This document shows, piece by piece, positions 1 through 13,940 of a stretch of DNA of 64,000 nucleotides; within the stretch, counting starts at the first letter, position 1; the number at the start of each line of letters is the position of its first letter. The notes under the pieces are model-generated. The model did not search any database. It saw nothing but the letters and a program-made list of their open reading frames with translations, and was not told the DNA's origin. The DNA lies in NCBI GenBank assembly GCA_046563655.1, contig CM102283.1, forward strand, positions 5,890,001 to 5,954,000, in the 5' to 3' direction. Source of the stretch: Yuukianura sp. NJ FZ-2021. Lineage: Eukaryota. The position numbers and the translations under genes are program-made.

Positions 1-331
1 TCGAAAAAGATACGTGAAGAGCTTGAGATACGTAAACGTATCTACTTACGTTAACGTAAAAATCAAAAAGATACGTGAGAGATACGGGAGACGTAAACGT
101 ATCTTAAATTCCAAATCACACTCGGTTCAAAGTGTGAATCCCTTTAGAAGTATGTTTTGTATCTGTAACAGGTGCAAGTTGAAAATCACTTTTTTTCGTC
201 TTTTTTTGTAAACAAAACGGACTTGCGCTAGACGTTACGGTTTTTGGTTTTGGGGCTTGCAGAAAACTGGTGAAAAAGATACGGGAAACGTATCACGTAT
301 CTCAAAAAAGATACGTTACGTTACAACGTAC
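1..331. repeat. Degenerate GATACGT/ACGTA motif-rich repeat, probably the arm of an older element that resumes at ~1442-1500 after the hAT insertion
   Basis: Many copies of gatacgt/tacgtt in 1-110 and 270-335; the same motif resumes right after the second TSD (gatacgtgg at 1441). Confidence 0.4.
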
Positions 332-339
332 GTTTCAAG

Positions 340-1433
340 CAGGCAGGCCCACCACACCTCCGTCTTACAGCCGGAACATCATACATCGGCACTTTTTTTT
401 ATTTTTTTTATTCTGTAATCCCAAATCAACCATTCAGATGCTACATACTTACCACTATATTAAAACTCATTAAATTTCAACATTTAATTAAAGTTAGTGG
501 TATAATTTCACTATCGTGGGCAAGCACCGATTTTTTTCAATTTTTTTTTGTAAACACCCTGTGGACCACTGATCGCAAAAATATATTTTTTTTTGAGGGA
601 TCTCAAAAAAAAATATTTTTTCGAAATTTTGAAAAAAAAAATTCGAAATTTTTTATTGCGCCCGATTTTGCTCAAAATGAGTTTATAGACTAATTCATGT
701 ATGGCAAACACGAATATGAAGGAATTGTTGTCCTAGGATGTAAGACAAAAAAGTTATGCGCTGCTGATATGATTTGACTCCATAAAATCTACTGTGTTTC
801 CCGCGCCGAAGGCGCGGTGTTAGGTTTTAATAGTTCGCAATGCTTATTTCGTCTCGAGGTTAGGTTTTCTAAAGTTTGCTTAACTGATTCCGTCGTGAGG
901 TAGGTTAGGTTTCTTAAAGTTAGGTTATATTTGCTTCACATTCCATTCACTTTTTCTTCCACTAACTTGTTGGTCTACATCCTACAGTAATAATTTTTTC
1001 ATATTCGTGTTTAGCACCCTTGAGTTAGTTTAAAAACTCATTTTGAGCGAAATCGGACACAAGAAAAAATTTCGAATTTTTTTTTTCAAAATTTCGAAAA
1101 AAAAAATGTTTTTTTGAGACCCCTCAAAAAAAATTGTATCTTCGTGATCAGGGGTCCATACAGTGTTTACAGAAAAAATTTGAAAAAATCGGTGCTTGCC
1201 CACGATAGTGAAATTTTTCCATATTTTTCGGTAGTGTAAAAGAAATTGATGTAATTGCAAGTTTTATAATTTTGCTGAAAACTTGTAACTTGCAATGTTT
1301 CATACCGTGTTCTAAAATTGTGTGAGCTCTGAGAAACAACCACAATCATTTGTTTGAATTATTTTTTAAATAACCAAAAAGTGCCGATGTATGATGTTCC
1401 GGCTGTAAGACGGAGGTGTGGTGGGCCTGCCTG
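340..1433. mobile_element. Non-autonomous hAT-like DNA transposon (MITE)
   Basis: ~53-bp perfect TIR starting CAGGCAGGCCCACCACACC (340..; reverse complement 1381-1433); 8-bp TSD GTTTCAAG at 332-339 and 1434-1441; no transposase ORF. Confidence 0.9.
509..1210. repeat. Long imperfect inverted repeat (~250-bp arms) nested in the hAT element, possibly a second foldback MITE
   Basis: CACTATCGTGGGCAAGCACCGATTTT.. at 509 mirrors ..AAAATCGGTGCTTGCCCACGATAGTG ending 1210; arms run to ~757 and ~960; the centre has a GC hairpin (801-817) and TTAGG repeats. Confidence 0.75.
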
Positions 1434-2465
1434 GTTTCAAGATACGTGGTCTGCAGATAACTGCCTAATATATGTAACGTCAATCGTACATTTAACGATA
1501 CGACCATCGTCGCTATATCGTTTTTTTTTATTTCTCACGCTTCTTGTTTCATCATCGCTCAGGGATGAATCATTCAGGATGTAGTACCGCAGTAACCAAA
1601 CCCTACATTAAAACTAACACCGACTTGGAATATTCAATAAAAGAATTTTAATATCATTATGTAAATGTAATGTAACCGAAACTAGGTGGGATTTGAAGAA
1701 ATGGATCTGACTTATGAAAACTAATTTACTTTAACAATAGAATTGCCTATTTGACAGACGCCTAGGGTTAGGAATGATCAAACAGAGATATGCGAAAGCT
1801 ATGAAAGAAACCGAAAAGAGATTCCATCCACAATGTGGTTGTGCTATGTGAGTCACCTCAGACCACACATAACGTACTGTTTTTAGAATATTTGGCGGAA
1901 CTCAACTAAAAAAGCTATACATCTATTTGAACAAATAGCATAGCATGCCGTGCTTGTAAACTACGGAGTGGTTACAACTTGTTGATTACAAAATTCAAAA
2001 ATTATCTACCTGCAGACGTTTAATTTTAAACTGCTTATTATAGTTACTGTAATCTCATTTTTGTATAATAACGGTGGTGGTGTTTACATTGTATGGTTAC
2101 AATGGATACAGCTAGGGACGTTCCCAACCAGAACAAAATTAACTTTATGTATCTGATTTGACTCATATGAACATGAATAATTGTAATACATAATAAATAA
2201 ATTATAATAAAGAAAAAATTATTGTCATCTGAAATATAATTCCAGTTTTCAGTAAAAAGAAGTTTACACTGGAAAGGAGTGAATGTACTGTTAGATATGG
2301 GCAACGTGGAAGTGGGAAATCGCTGTAGTAGTCGCTGTCTTGAGTTTACAGCTGATCCGGCTGATTAGTGTAAACAGAAAAACAGATCGTTCATTAATTT
2401 TATTGTTTCTGGTTTCTTTCTTGACCTGCATTAATTAGAATAACAATTTATTCAAGACATTAATA

Positions 2466-3018
2466 ATGACTTTTTTGTTACGTGGATTAAAGGTGAGTGT
2501 AAACTTAATGTTTAATTCTAAAAACAAGAATTTTGTTTGATGATGTGATGTGATTGTGAATTTTCCAGAACTCATTGAAAACGGCGCCATTTGACATGGA
2601 CGGCTCCATCTCCATTTTCTCCGTACAGCAAGTGCGTAGACTCAATTGGCCCGATTGGAAAATGCTAAGAGATTACAATAAGCGCATGTGCGTAAAACAG
2701 TATGGAGCTGACAGGGATAGAATCAATACCATACGCAAATGTGACATTCTTCCACGAGAGATTAGGGTATGAGTTTTATAGTTCTTAGGTCAAATCGTTT
2801 TCATGTCCATAACATGATCGTTTCATTTGCAGGACATTGCTGACAAAGAAATCGTTGAGAAGCTTCCTCGTAACTCCGCTTACGGTCGATTATGGACAAG
2901 ATGTGTAATTAGTTCAAGACCTCGAGGTGTAGTACCGCGGTGGAGACTGGGTCGCTTTGTCTATCGTAATCTAGCAGACTACAACAAACTATCCGGAGTC
3001 CAGCGTGCAGTTTGGTGA
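2466..3018 (+). CDS. mRpS14: Mitochondrial ribosomal protein S14 (exons 2466-2492, 2569-2766, 2833-3018)
   Basis: Canonical GT-AG joins give an open frame containing [44 protein letters not shown], typical of metazoan MRPS14. Confidence 0.93.
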
Positions 3019-4568
3019 TACCGGTACTCCCAAAATCGTTTATCTTTATCCAACTGCTATTTAGTAACATTACGTAGTCTTTACTTCAGTAACTACCGAA
3101 TTACTTAAATAAGCTCACCCTACTTTGTGTAAAATCATTACGTAGAAATTAAAACAGCGTCCTACACAAAACAGAAGTCAGACGCAATCTTGTCAAACTG
3201 ACATAAATGCTTTGGTTTTCAAAGTTTTCACATTTCTGCTGCTATCTTCATAGTGCTTTTTTGAAAAAAATTCAAAAGTACGACTTTAGAATTTCACAAA
3301 AGCTTCACTGTCAGTACGCCTTTTGAGTAATGCCGAAATCAGTTCCACTGAGCAGTGTCACAAGCTATGTCAGAATTTCAGCTCCTGCTGGGAAATTACT
3401 TGAGGAAAAAGTGCAGAAATGATGCAAAAATGAGCAATAGAGTGAATTTTTTTTGTATTACATTACAAACTAAGTGGTTAGCGGCAAAAAGTTGCTTTAA
3501 AGAAGCCCATTTTAATTGACTGTGTCTTCTTTTGTGCCTGCAGCGATTACAAACTTGTTTTTTGAGCATTTAGCCTTGAATTTAGATCGGGATGGGAAGA
3601 ACTGGGAAGTTCATGTCATTCCTCCTTGTTCCTTTCATCTCTTCCTTACTTCCTTTGGTATAATTTCACTGTAAGTAAAAAACATAACACGAATTAGCTT
3701 GGAGATATTCCAAGTAAGTGTCCAAGTGTCGGTACCAAAGCAACACACAAGTGTTTGTACAAGATCACATCAACTTACAAAAACAAAACATCCCCAACAG
3801 TTCAAGGTACAAACAAGAGTAACTTTAGTTTCTCAAAGTTTAGCTTTACTCATCTTTCATTTCTTTCTCCTAATTTGGTTCGTGTTGAAGCAATTAACAT
3901 TTTAATTTACTGTTACACTTGATTTCGACAGATCATTCATTCATTTATCTACTGCACTTGAAATGTGTCCTCCAAGACGGTCAATTCTGGAGAGCATTGG
4001 GTCAGGGGTCACGACCCTCCGTGAACTCGGTTGGGAAACGGCTGGAATTGAGCAACAACTCTTCACTACTTTTTCAAACTTCGGTAAGCTTTCTTATTCT
4101 TTGCCTCTTATAATTGTCACTTTCGCCACAAAAGTTTTGCGCACCTACTATTTAGTATACCTCACTGTTGTATCGGGACTTCCGACTCGGAAGTATACTT
4201 GGTACTGCGCATGTCACCATTTTGAACGATTTTTAATCGTTTCTATTTAATGGTAACTGAATGTGAATTTATTAAATAGTAATGGCGATAACTACAACCT
4301 AATATAACATGTGAAGCGAGTTCCTACTAATAACAAGTATCACACAACGAATCAATAACAAAAGAGGAAATATGGTACACATTACGAGTGGTTGTGCCAT
4401 TGGATGAGATACGATCTCGGTAAATATAAATAAGTCATGGATTGGAGCTGCTCTGGATCTTTGTTCATACTGCCGTGATGATGGCTTTAGCTGTGGTTGA
4501 GTAGTGTGTGTGCTTGTGACGATGACGACGTTGGTAGTATTTTGGTTGTGGTCGTTGTCATTTGATTA

Positions 4569-6836
4569 CTAGTCGACTTCACGCAGTTCATCTCCGTGAT
4601 CTTTTACCCCTCGCACGAGTTCGGCAACAAATCGTTCCATTAGATGAATAGGACGTCGAAAGGGGGAATAGCCTTCCAGAAATCCAAGATGTCCTCCACG
4701 TTCTGTTACGATCATTACCAGGTTGGAACGTTGACTTTGCGCTTGCTTCACCGGCAAGTCTGTTGATGCAAAACAATTGGAGGTTTAAGTTCTTGCATTC
4801 TAGAATGTCCAAGTATTATCAGGGTGTGTTGGTTTTTGGGTTTTTTTGAAAAAAATCAAAAACCAATGGTTTTTGGTTTAAATCATGGTTTTTTTGGTTT
4901 AAACCAAAATCGAGAAATGATGCGGAAGCTATGTACGACTTTAGACTAACAACAAAAAAGCGAAGTATTAGACCTAAAGATAATCGAAGATAATTTTTAG
5001 AGCATCAAAATCACCACGTAATAGATCAAAACACGATGGGAAAACGCATTGTCAATGATAATCTTTTGTGAGAATCCGAAATTCCTTCAACTGTATGTTG
5101 CACTAAAGCGTTTCCCCCGGACATTTTGTCAAACTGACTCGTTTTCCGCCAAAATTTCGTTAATCTGGGTAGTTTTCTACTGAAATTTCTTCAATAATAG
5201 TCGTTTTCCGCCATTTTATGCTATGTGAATTTAAACCGGGTTTTTATTCAAAAAAACCGTTTGGTTTAAATCGTGTTTTAAACCATGGTTTAAATTATTT
5301 GATTTAAACCAAACACACCCTGAGTATTATGTTTTGACGGATGAGTTACTTACCTTCTTCTGGAGAAAACGGATCATCCACTGCGTTGAGCGCAAAGATA
5401 GGAACGGACGCCTTGTGAATGTTGGTGGCACTCTGGGCACACTCTTGGTAGTATTCCATTGCGCTTGAGTATCTGGAAGTTCAGGTTGGCGGTAATGTAT
5501 TAATCAAACTTGACGAAAAGTTTTTGTTTGGAAGCAAGTGGGCCATTGTAAGCTTAAGAATATGATTAGCGATATCTTGTAATTGAAAATGCTGATTACC
5601 CAAAATGGGGCGCAGTAAAATGAGAATCGAAGTCCCGTAGACTCCAGCATTGCATTATCTTGTTGAAATTGTGATGCGGTTCCAAAACCTCGCGATGTTT
5701 ACTGGTTAGGAGCTGCAGGTTAGACACTACGCCGTAGTTGATAACTTTCGAAAACAAAAACACAACGAAAGTTATTAATTTTCAATTGAACATGAGTACG
5801 AGCAGTTTGGTATCAATATTTTGATTAAAATTCACCTTGATTAAGAAATGGTTTTTCCAAGTTTTCAACAGCTGTAACTGCGTTCCAGCATGTCGAGATC
5901 ACTAAAACGGCTTCGAATTCTTTTGTGTCTTGCTTGTTAGCTTCGGTGATATACTTGCAAAACAGCATCCCTCCAAGCGATGTCCCAAGTCCCATTAGTC
6001 TCTCGTTGGGATATTTCTTCTTGACGTATTCGATGACTTCCTTCAAATCGTTGACAGTTTGCGTTGCACAAAAAAGCCGTGGTGTCTGAAATTTTGCAAA
6101 AATCATGAAACTGTCCTCCGATTCATTTAAGTTGGGTTTATCTGTAATTTACCTTTATCGGTAGACCACCTAATCCTCGGTTGTTCATGACAATTACTTT
6201 CGCCCCAGCGGAGGTGATGGACATCACTAGGGTTTTGACGTAAGAGGTCTGGGATGAAGATGTTATCCCCGGACAAAACAGGACAAGCAGACTCGGTTTC
6301 TTACTGAAAATGTCAAAGTTATGGTATTAGATTTGGAAGATCAGAAAAAAATTCAGAAAGATTTCTGATGATTTTTGATTTATGGCAGACCTGTCTCCCG
6401 ATGTCATGGTAGGCTCGAGATAATCCAGAGCAATTTCACCGCCATCGCTGAGTTGGAAGATCTCTCGTGCATATTGTATTTTTTGGGAACTTGGGAGTCG
6501 TTGCGTCAAACCCAAAATGGATTGTAGACGACCTTCCCAGAAGAACAAGTTCGGAAAGTATTTGTCATTTAGGCAGGGCACATGATTCGACAGGAAGTTT
6601 GATAAAGTGGTGGACGAAGTGTAGATCTTTGGAACCTGAGACATGACACAAAGTAAAAGAAACATCCATTAGGTACTTTTCCACAAAAATATGGATAAGA
6701 GTTTTCTAATGACTGGAAATCGATATCTTACCTGTGCTACGTTGAAGATGTAGTAATACGCTAGTAATGCCAAGCTTGAGGCTGCACTGGCTGCCACGAA
6801 GTAGTTTGCATCGGCTTCTGAAAGTAATCCGTCCAT
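4569..6836 (-). CDS. Alpha/beta-hydrolase of the ABHD1/2/3 (YheT-like) family, multi-exon, N-terminal membrane anchor
   Basis: REIFQLSDGGEIALD, NNRGLGG, nucleophile elbow GTSLGG, NAVDDPF, C-terminal GGHLGFLEG; hydrophobic first exon from ATG 6836. Confidence 0.88.
4820..5322. mobile_element. hAT-like MITE in the last intron of the ABHD gene
   Basis: TIR CAGGGTGTGTT(T)GGTTT; 8-bp TSD AGTATTAT at 4812-4819 and 5323-5330; subterminal GGTTT/AAACC motifs. Confidence 0.88.
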
Positions 6837-8471
6837 ATTTTCAATCTGTCGTCGTCAGTGTTGATGTTGGGATGGCAATCAATCAGTGAGTGAAAAGAGT
6901 ATCCACTTCCGGAACTGGTTTAGGAATGCTAAATGGTACGAGATATAACTTCTGTAGTACTTCTAGGATTATTCCATGACACAACCCATTCCCCTCCCAC
7001 TATGAGTCATCCACTACGACCGAATTCTCTGGAAAAAAAAATTAAGAACTATAAAACAACAGTTAACCTTATTTTGTCGTTCCGCGTTAATTCCGAAATC
7101 GGACCATTTCCTGTCGAGGGCTCGATGTTAATGAAAATGATAATTTACATTTTGCAGTGAATTGTACTTAAAAATCACCGTAAACTACGTTGTTATCGAA
7201 ATTATTCTTTTGCTTACGTAATCAGTAAAGTAATCCCGGATGAATCCCACCCAAGAGCCCCACCTTGTTCGTTCAGCGATCAGACTGCAAAAGAGTGATG
7301 TGATGAAAGTCAGTGACCAAGAGCAAGGTTAGAATGGTGGACTGTGGAGTGTGGACACGCATTCACATTCACAATGTCAAGTTGATTGAATAGAGGTTGT
7401 TAGTCACTTCCAGCCGGTTTAGATTTAGAAGATAAAAACTCTTCAGAGAATGAAAGTTGAATGTATGTCAGTGATCTATTGTTGATGTAGCCGTGGTTCT
7501 GGAGGACCACGTTGGAATCTGTTAATTGACGCTTACGGTAAATTAGGACCAGATCAGTTGTCTACTCCTCCTTAGCAAAAGACCAAATGAGATTTGCTAT
7601 GGAGTGACGACTGACGATGAGATGAGGATGAGAGGAGTTATAGGGACAAGACAAGAGATATGGCAGAAAGAATTTGGCTTTGGGGTGTTTTAAAAAGCTG
7701 TACAAGTTTAGAGAAAAGTTGAAGGGAGTTTCCAGAAAGAGCATTCCATTGAATGTCGTCGTACGATGGGCATTAATGGGATTATTGAGTCTTGATTAAT
7801 CGCGAAACAAGATAAGTCGAGATGACCTGAGCAGAGGTCAGTCACCTCTACATACAAATCTTTGGATTCATTCTAATACACTTGCAATTTGCACTACGTA
7901 AACTCGTCTCTTGAAGCACTTTCGTTTTTATGATAATGCTCGGACTTAGTGTTTTTGCTGAATGTCCACCACAATTTGTGGTCCACAGAGCAAAGTGTCA
8001 AGATTGGCGACACACGGATATAAAAATGTTAAACCACTAAACACTATTCATAAAGCTGTGTATCCGTCATGCGGTTTAGTACAGAAGCGTGGACTTTAAT
8101 TTTTAAGCTCGTGTCAAGGACTTTGGTTTTTGTTAGCGTAAATCTCACGTTTGTACCGCATGTTTTGACATGACTCATTTTAGCAACTTTTGTTAAATTG
8201 GATTGGATCTATCTGGGACGATGTTAACATGTCAAATTGGAGAATTGACTTAAATTAAGTAAACAATGGTGGGATAAAAGTAACAAGAAAATTCCCACGA
8301 GAATTTTACGAGGAAAATGTTATAATAATTGGAAATAAGAAGTTGGTGCGTGAACTTCCTACTTTCTCATTAATTTAGTCTGTTATGGTCAATACTTCGT
8401 TAGCTACAAGGAAATTTGCACTATATGATTTCAAAGGTCGTGTTTTCAAAGTAATGTTTTTTGATTTTCAG

Positions 8472-9027
8472 GGTCAAGGGTCAGCAATTTTGTCGGACCA
8501 GCGTCAAGTCCAATCAAGGAATTCGCCAAAGAGCGTCCAATTGCAGCATTTCTTCTGGGATGCTTCATTGCAACTTGTGCTCTCCCAATTTTCGCATTTT
8601 TGTCATTTGCGTTGGTGACGCTGTCCATTGGACTCGTTGGATTTCTTTGTATTGAAGGTAAAAGCACATTTTTTCGTCATTTAGCTAATAAATTTTGTTA
8701 ATTTGCTAATTAACTGATTAATTTTTTAAAGGTACAATCCTGTCATTTGCTCTCCTGATTTTGGGTTCGTGCCTTCTGACCATTAGCTTCATTGGGCTGT
8801 CCATTGGTGCTGGATTGCTGGTGGTGTACTTGGTTTTCAAAAAAGCCCGCCAATTCATTGACTCCATTTTGGCCAAGTTTGGACCAGCCAAGACTAGTTG
8901 TGAAGAAAAAAACGGAAACGTTGCCAATGGAAAGGCTCATTCTGATGATGAGCTGAGCAGCACTGAATCTGACATGAACGTCGAAGCGACGTCGCCCCGT
9001 CCAAACGAAAATTTGGCGCCAAAATAA
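8472..9027 (+). CDS. Promethin/LDAF1 (TMEM159)-like membrane protein; last two exons only (8472-8658, 8732-9027), 5' exon not resolved
   Basis: Spliced frame ..ERPIAAFLLGCFIATCALPIFAFLSFALVTLSIGLVGFLCIEGTILSFALLILGSCLL.. resembles the promethin hydrophobic hairpin (P..F...LEG). Confidence 0.6.
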
Positions 9028-9225
9028 CTTCATAAATAATCAAACCATTCTCTCAATACTAGAGTTAAACAACTTTTGTTACTCTAAATATGTTACTTTC
9101 ATATTGCGTAGTTTGAACGTTTGATAAAACAGGTTGTGGTTACTCAATAAATAATTGTAAAAGCTGAACAATTTATTTAATGAATTGTAAGAATTATAAT
9201 TCAAAGTAGTGTTTTTATAGTAAAT

Positions 9226-12200
9226 TTAAACATTTGTCTCTGGAATGATAACAATTTGAGTAGAATTTTGATTTCTAGTTACAAAATGAGTAGTGCAATT
9301 TGTAGTGTTAACCTTGGAACCTGGAAACTGTGCAAGCGCAGGAGTACTTTGATTGGTTTCACTTTCATTTGAGTCTGAACCAATCCGAATGCTCGTTCTG
9401 GATCCAAAATTTTCTGGAGTGGTCATGGATACAGTAGATCCTCTGCTTTTTCTTGGTTGACGGTAAATGTCCGGGATTTCCTTACGCGTTCGCCGTTGCC
9501 TCCGCTGACTTCGTTTCTTGACACTCCGAACAGTCTGTCGCGATCTTCCTAAGTTTTTTGACCAATCACCGTCGTCGTCGGAGTCTTCCAAATCTGTCAT
9601 GGCGGATCGTTTTGATGTCGGTTTTTCTCGAAGTGATCCTGGTGCACTGGAACTTCTTGATCGCTTGTAGTACACGACATACACACCGTCATCATCATTT
9701 TGGTCAGAATTTGTCGCTGGAGGATATTCGTTTGATCGGTCATCTGCTAGCTCTTGTAACAGTTTGGCTACTGAATGATGCTGATTGGACAGGGAACGGG
9801 GAGCGGAGGAATGTAAATTTTTCGGATGATTTTGACCTGCTTCGTTGGAATATCGTATAAAGTCGCCAGTCGTTGAGCCGTTGGCTGAAACATGTCGTTG
9901 CAGTGGCTTTTTTCGATACATCAAAGGATTTTCATGATTCGTTTTTAAATTTTCCCCGCTCCGACAGTATAAAAATAGCGCGAAAGAGAGCATCCAGAGT
10001 ACCGTAGTCAAAAATGTAGCGATGGCGACTGATATCACAACTTTGTTGCTGCAGGCGAATTGGCTGTTATATTGAACCTCCGGCCCACTGATGGACGAAT
10101 CGCTGAAGTCATCTTGTTCATCCAATCCAATCACGCGTAATGCCATTTGAGAGCTCCAGTTCATGGAGGTAAAATTTGAATTTTTGTCTGAATTCTCCAA
10201 CGATCTTTTATAACGTCCATCGTCACTGCTTTGTGTTGCGGAACAATCGATCTACAAGACACAAACATTTTTTTAAACTAAAAACATAATGTTTGCACCT
10301 AATTTTTTTGAATGAATAGTTCTAAGTTTCTTACAAAGTCACAATCGTCTCGCTCTTGACACGCTTGAACTTTGGCAGTAACAATGAGCGGCTCGTTTGA
10401 CCTTTGACCTCGAAACAGAAACGCCTTGAAAGTAAAGTGATGAACGAGGTCGTTCCGGGGATCTCGAAGTGGATCCGAATCGGCTATGACACGAAACTCT
10501 TCGTTCCGACACCCACGGTCGTCCACTAACGTAATGGCTTCAGAAGCGTCTGCAGGGTTAAGTGTTCTCCCAGCAGCAACCAATGGACCATAAGAGTCAC
10601 GCATGCGCCAAACTTTGACCTCAGTCAATTTAGAAAATGTCCAACCATCTCCTCCTCGGACGACACTACGCAGTTGCAAAGGTTCGCCCAGTTGAACGAC
10701 ACCGCCAGAATTAACACGTTTTACAAAAAGACCGTTGGATGCTCCAGCATTTTGACGAAAGACGCCAACTTCCGCTGCAAAATCTTGACCGCCTCCTTCA
10801 ACTGTTGAACCAGAGCGTCGATTTTCACTAAATAGAACTTATTTATATTAATTTAATAACAATAATTGATTAATATAATATATTGACTAATACATTATAA
10901 ATTAAGCTACAATTCTTACGTGGTGTCTCCTATGAAACTAATTGTTTTCATTTCGGCCATAGAACTTTTTTGTGGCAAACATTTGATTGTGGTCACTTCG
11001 TCATCTGCCAAAGCCAGAGTGGGCATGCGTGGGAAAACCATTGTAATGCACATGGACTTTAAAAAAATGAATGCACATAGTATATATAAATTAATACATT
11101 TTTTAAAATATGAAATTAGTTATAAATAAATTGTAACTCAATTAAGAAAAAAGTTACCTCGCCGCATTGCTCCACTCCACATGCGCGGAGATCGTTCATT
11201 TTCATATGGAAAGTGTTAGAGTCTCGAGTAGGTTCAAGTTGACATTCTGACGAGGTCAAGGGGTCATTCGGTCTAGCTCGAATGTACGGCACATGGAATC
11301 CACTTTTCAAATGAATTTTGGCGCCAAAATACTCTTTCTGTTTCGTTCGGTAGCATTTGATGTCCGAAAACATGAAATCTTAGACAAAATTTTAGAAAAT
11401 GATATTTAGACAAGCAACGTAATTTCGTATAAATAATTGCTTCGTAATTACATGAATTTAAAGTAATTTAGTTAATTACTGACCTGTAATAACATTTGAT
11501 TGGTCATCTGCCGACGTTCTTATGCTTCCTCCAATAGGCGAGTAGCTTGAACTTTTGAAAACAGAATCTCGACCTGTGAGCGGCCTGTTTCGTCCCAGTA
11601 CACTGGCTCTGCCAGAACTAAACAAACTTCTGGTTGGTGGGGCCGGCATTTGGACGCTTGTGATTGGTGGAGACGGCCCCACACCCAGAATTGGAACCTG
11701 CGTGGCAGTGGGCACAGTGGGTGGAGGAAGCGGGGGTCTTGTTGCCACGGGAACCATCACGGTTGCTCCAGATCCAGACGAAGGCGTAGCAGAACCGAGA
11801 GTGGCCGAATAACTATTCGGACGAACTCGTCCGGAAAAAAGCGGCCGAGTATAAACCGTTGGTGATGCAACTCCGAAAACCCCGCCGTAAATTGTTTCCT
11901 GACCTTCCAATTCTTTAGTCTTTTCGCGTTCTGTGACAGTGTCAACTTCATTTGACTCTTCAAGGTCACCTTCTGTCCCCTCGGGGTCATCTTCCACAGA
12001 GGGGTTTGTTGGTGATACATGATCATCGTAGCTCCCTAAGGGTTCAGTGTCATCTAACAAACTTTTTGGAGACGTTGACCTCTGAAGTATTGAGAAAGAA
12101 ATTGTGGTGGGAGGCGTCGTTCCAGCGGTTACGCTTGAAGTCGTTCCAGCGCTGAATATCCTCACACTAGATTTTGAATTTCCGTCTTCTGATGGAGTGA

Positions 12201-12432
12201 CGTCTTTGATTGGTGGAAGTGAGGTGGGGCTGGAAGAGAAGCGATTGGTAGAACTTAGCCGGTCGTCAATTTTCTTCCTAAGGGCCCCCTGGTCACTGAG
12301 CCCTTTGAAATGCACTGGAGAACGCGGTCGAAACAGGGCTCTAGGAGGCCCTTCTGGAGCAGCTTGAGCTTGTAGGATACAAATTACCAAAACCGCGAAG
12401 TACACAAAATGTTCAAAATTATGGCGGGACAT
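9226..12432 (-). CDS. ZP (zona pellucida)-domain transmembrane protein, ~5 exons
   Basis: Signal peptide, long S/T/P-rich region, Cys-patterned ZP-like exons (..LVDDRGC..F.FKAF.F......V.AKVQAC....C), furin site RYKR before a TM helix, low-complexity tail. Confidence 0.75.
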
Positions 12433-13940
12433 TTCAAATATTCAAATACTTGGTGGGTTCAAGCACACTGTTGGTGGGAATGTGTAACCATCCTGAGATT
12501 TTGAGAATACCGTCCACCTTGTTTGGATCTTTGGAGAAGACTGATTCGAAATCCGGTTTGGATTTTGAAATTATCTTGAAGGGATCCGCTATGGGTGACC
12601 TACAAATGATTAGAGCAGGACAAGTGACAAGTACGAATGCAAAGTGACACAGGGGTGGGCCCTTCAAGGGTCCAGGGGTTGAGTCTGTGGTTTCAGCCAC
12701 AAAAACCAAGGCCAACCCTTTGTTGTACACATGAAATTTGAAAATATCAATCCTTTCACTTTCTTTTTTCAAAAACTGGAGCAAAATGGATAAGAAGTGG
12801 TTTAAGTCCCCAGGGGAGATCATAAATCAAAACTGCCGCGTCAGTTCCAATGTCACCTTTTGTTATGGGTCAGTTCAGGTCGTCAAAATTTTAGTCAAAA
12901 GAAACCATTTTGACAACTTTACGTTATGAAAGTTTAGCTTTTGGCAGTGAAAAGATGAGCTGTGACGTGCGCTTGCGTTGGAAAAGAAATTTTTCTTAAG
13001 GAAGTGAAATTTCGAAATTCAGGAAGAATTTATCCCCCAAGTTAGAAATTTTGAGAAATTTTGACTTCTGACAAAAATTGACCCAATTTTGTCAATCAAT
13101 TCCAGAATAATATTTTAGAACCAACAAAATCCCAATTTCCCAAGAGATGCACTTCAATAATTAAAAATTTCTCTTTTAAGTTACGAAAGTAAAGTGCAGA
13201 TTTCACATTTTTATAAATTACAAAATACTTTTTAATTTACTCTTTTCAAACTTTTACCACATTTTAAGCAGTATGTGCAATTAGTGTCCATTAGGAAAGT
13301 GGAATTACCGTTTGAAACTGATTACATGAGTATGCGCAGATGAAGAAGGTGACAGAAAGGCAATCAACACTTTTGCAAACATCAAATGCAAAAGTGGGGT
13401 AAGATGATAAAGGTCACTCAACAAATCGACAATAAATCTTCTCAAAATGACTCATTTCGCTTTGTTTTTCTTTTTGCTGAATTATAAATTCAAAAAAAAA
13501 TTCCAAAAAAAAGTTGTTGTTGAACTCCCCATAGTCAAACTTTACAAAATTCAAACACCTATTTAAAGAATTTTACAACATAAACAAAGGGAAAATGCAG
13601 AAACAACCAAGACCAAAGAAGAAAAATAGAAAAAATTTCTTTTTCAGTTGCGTTTTTTTATTTCAGTGCTAGCGAAGAACTAAACCCTAATTCTAGAATT
13701 ATAAATAAAATACTTGTTTGCTGTAGTAAGATTGCTGCCTTAAATTTGGTTACATTGAAATGGTAAGACTAAAATGATGAAAAGTAATTAGTACCGTAAA
13801 ATTAGTATTTCAGATCACATTATCTGTTTACAGCTAAATAGAGTTTGTATAACTTCTATTCATGTGCTTCTATATGTTACATAAAATTTTAAAATTACTA
13901 CGGTACTATTGGTTTTGAAATTCAAATTACTAGTAGTTTC

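Noticed and set aside
3591-4250. Short ORFs and donor-like sites, including ..FWRALG..SVGKR.. (neuropeptide- or GPI-like)
   Set aside because: No consistent exon chain or recognisable family could be built
4299-4568. Long open frame continuing after the ABHD stop
   Set aside because: The CDS ends in a double stop (TAG TAA), so readthrough is implausible; treated as 3'UTR
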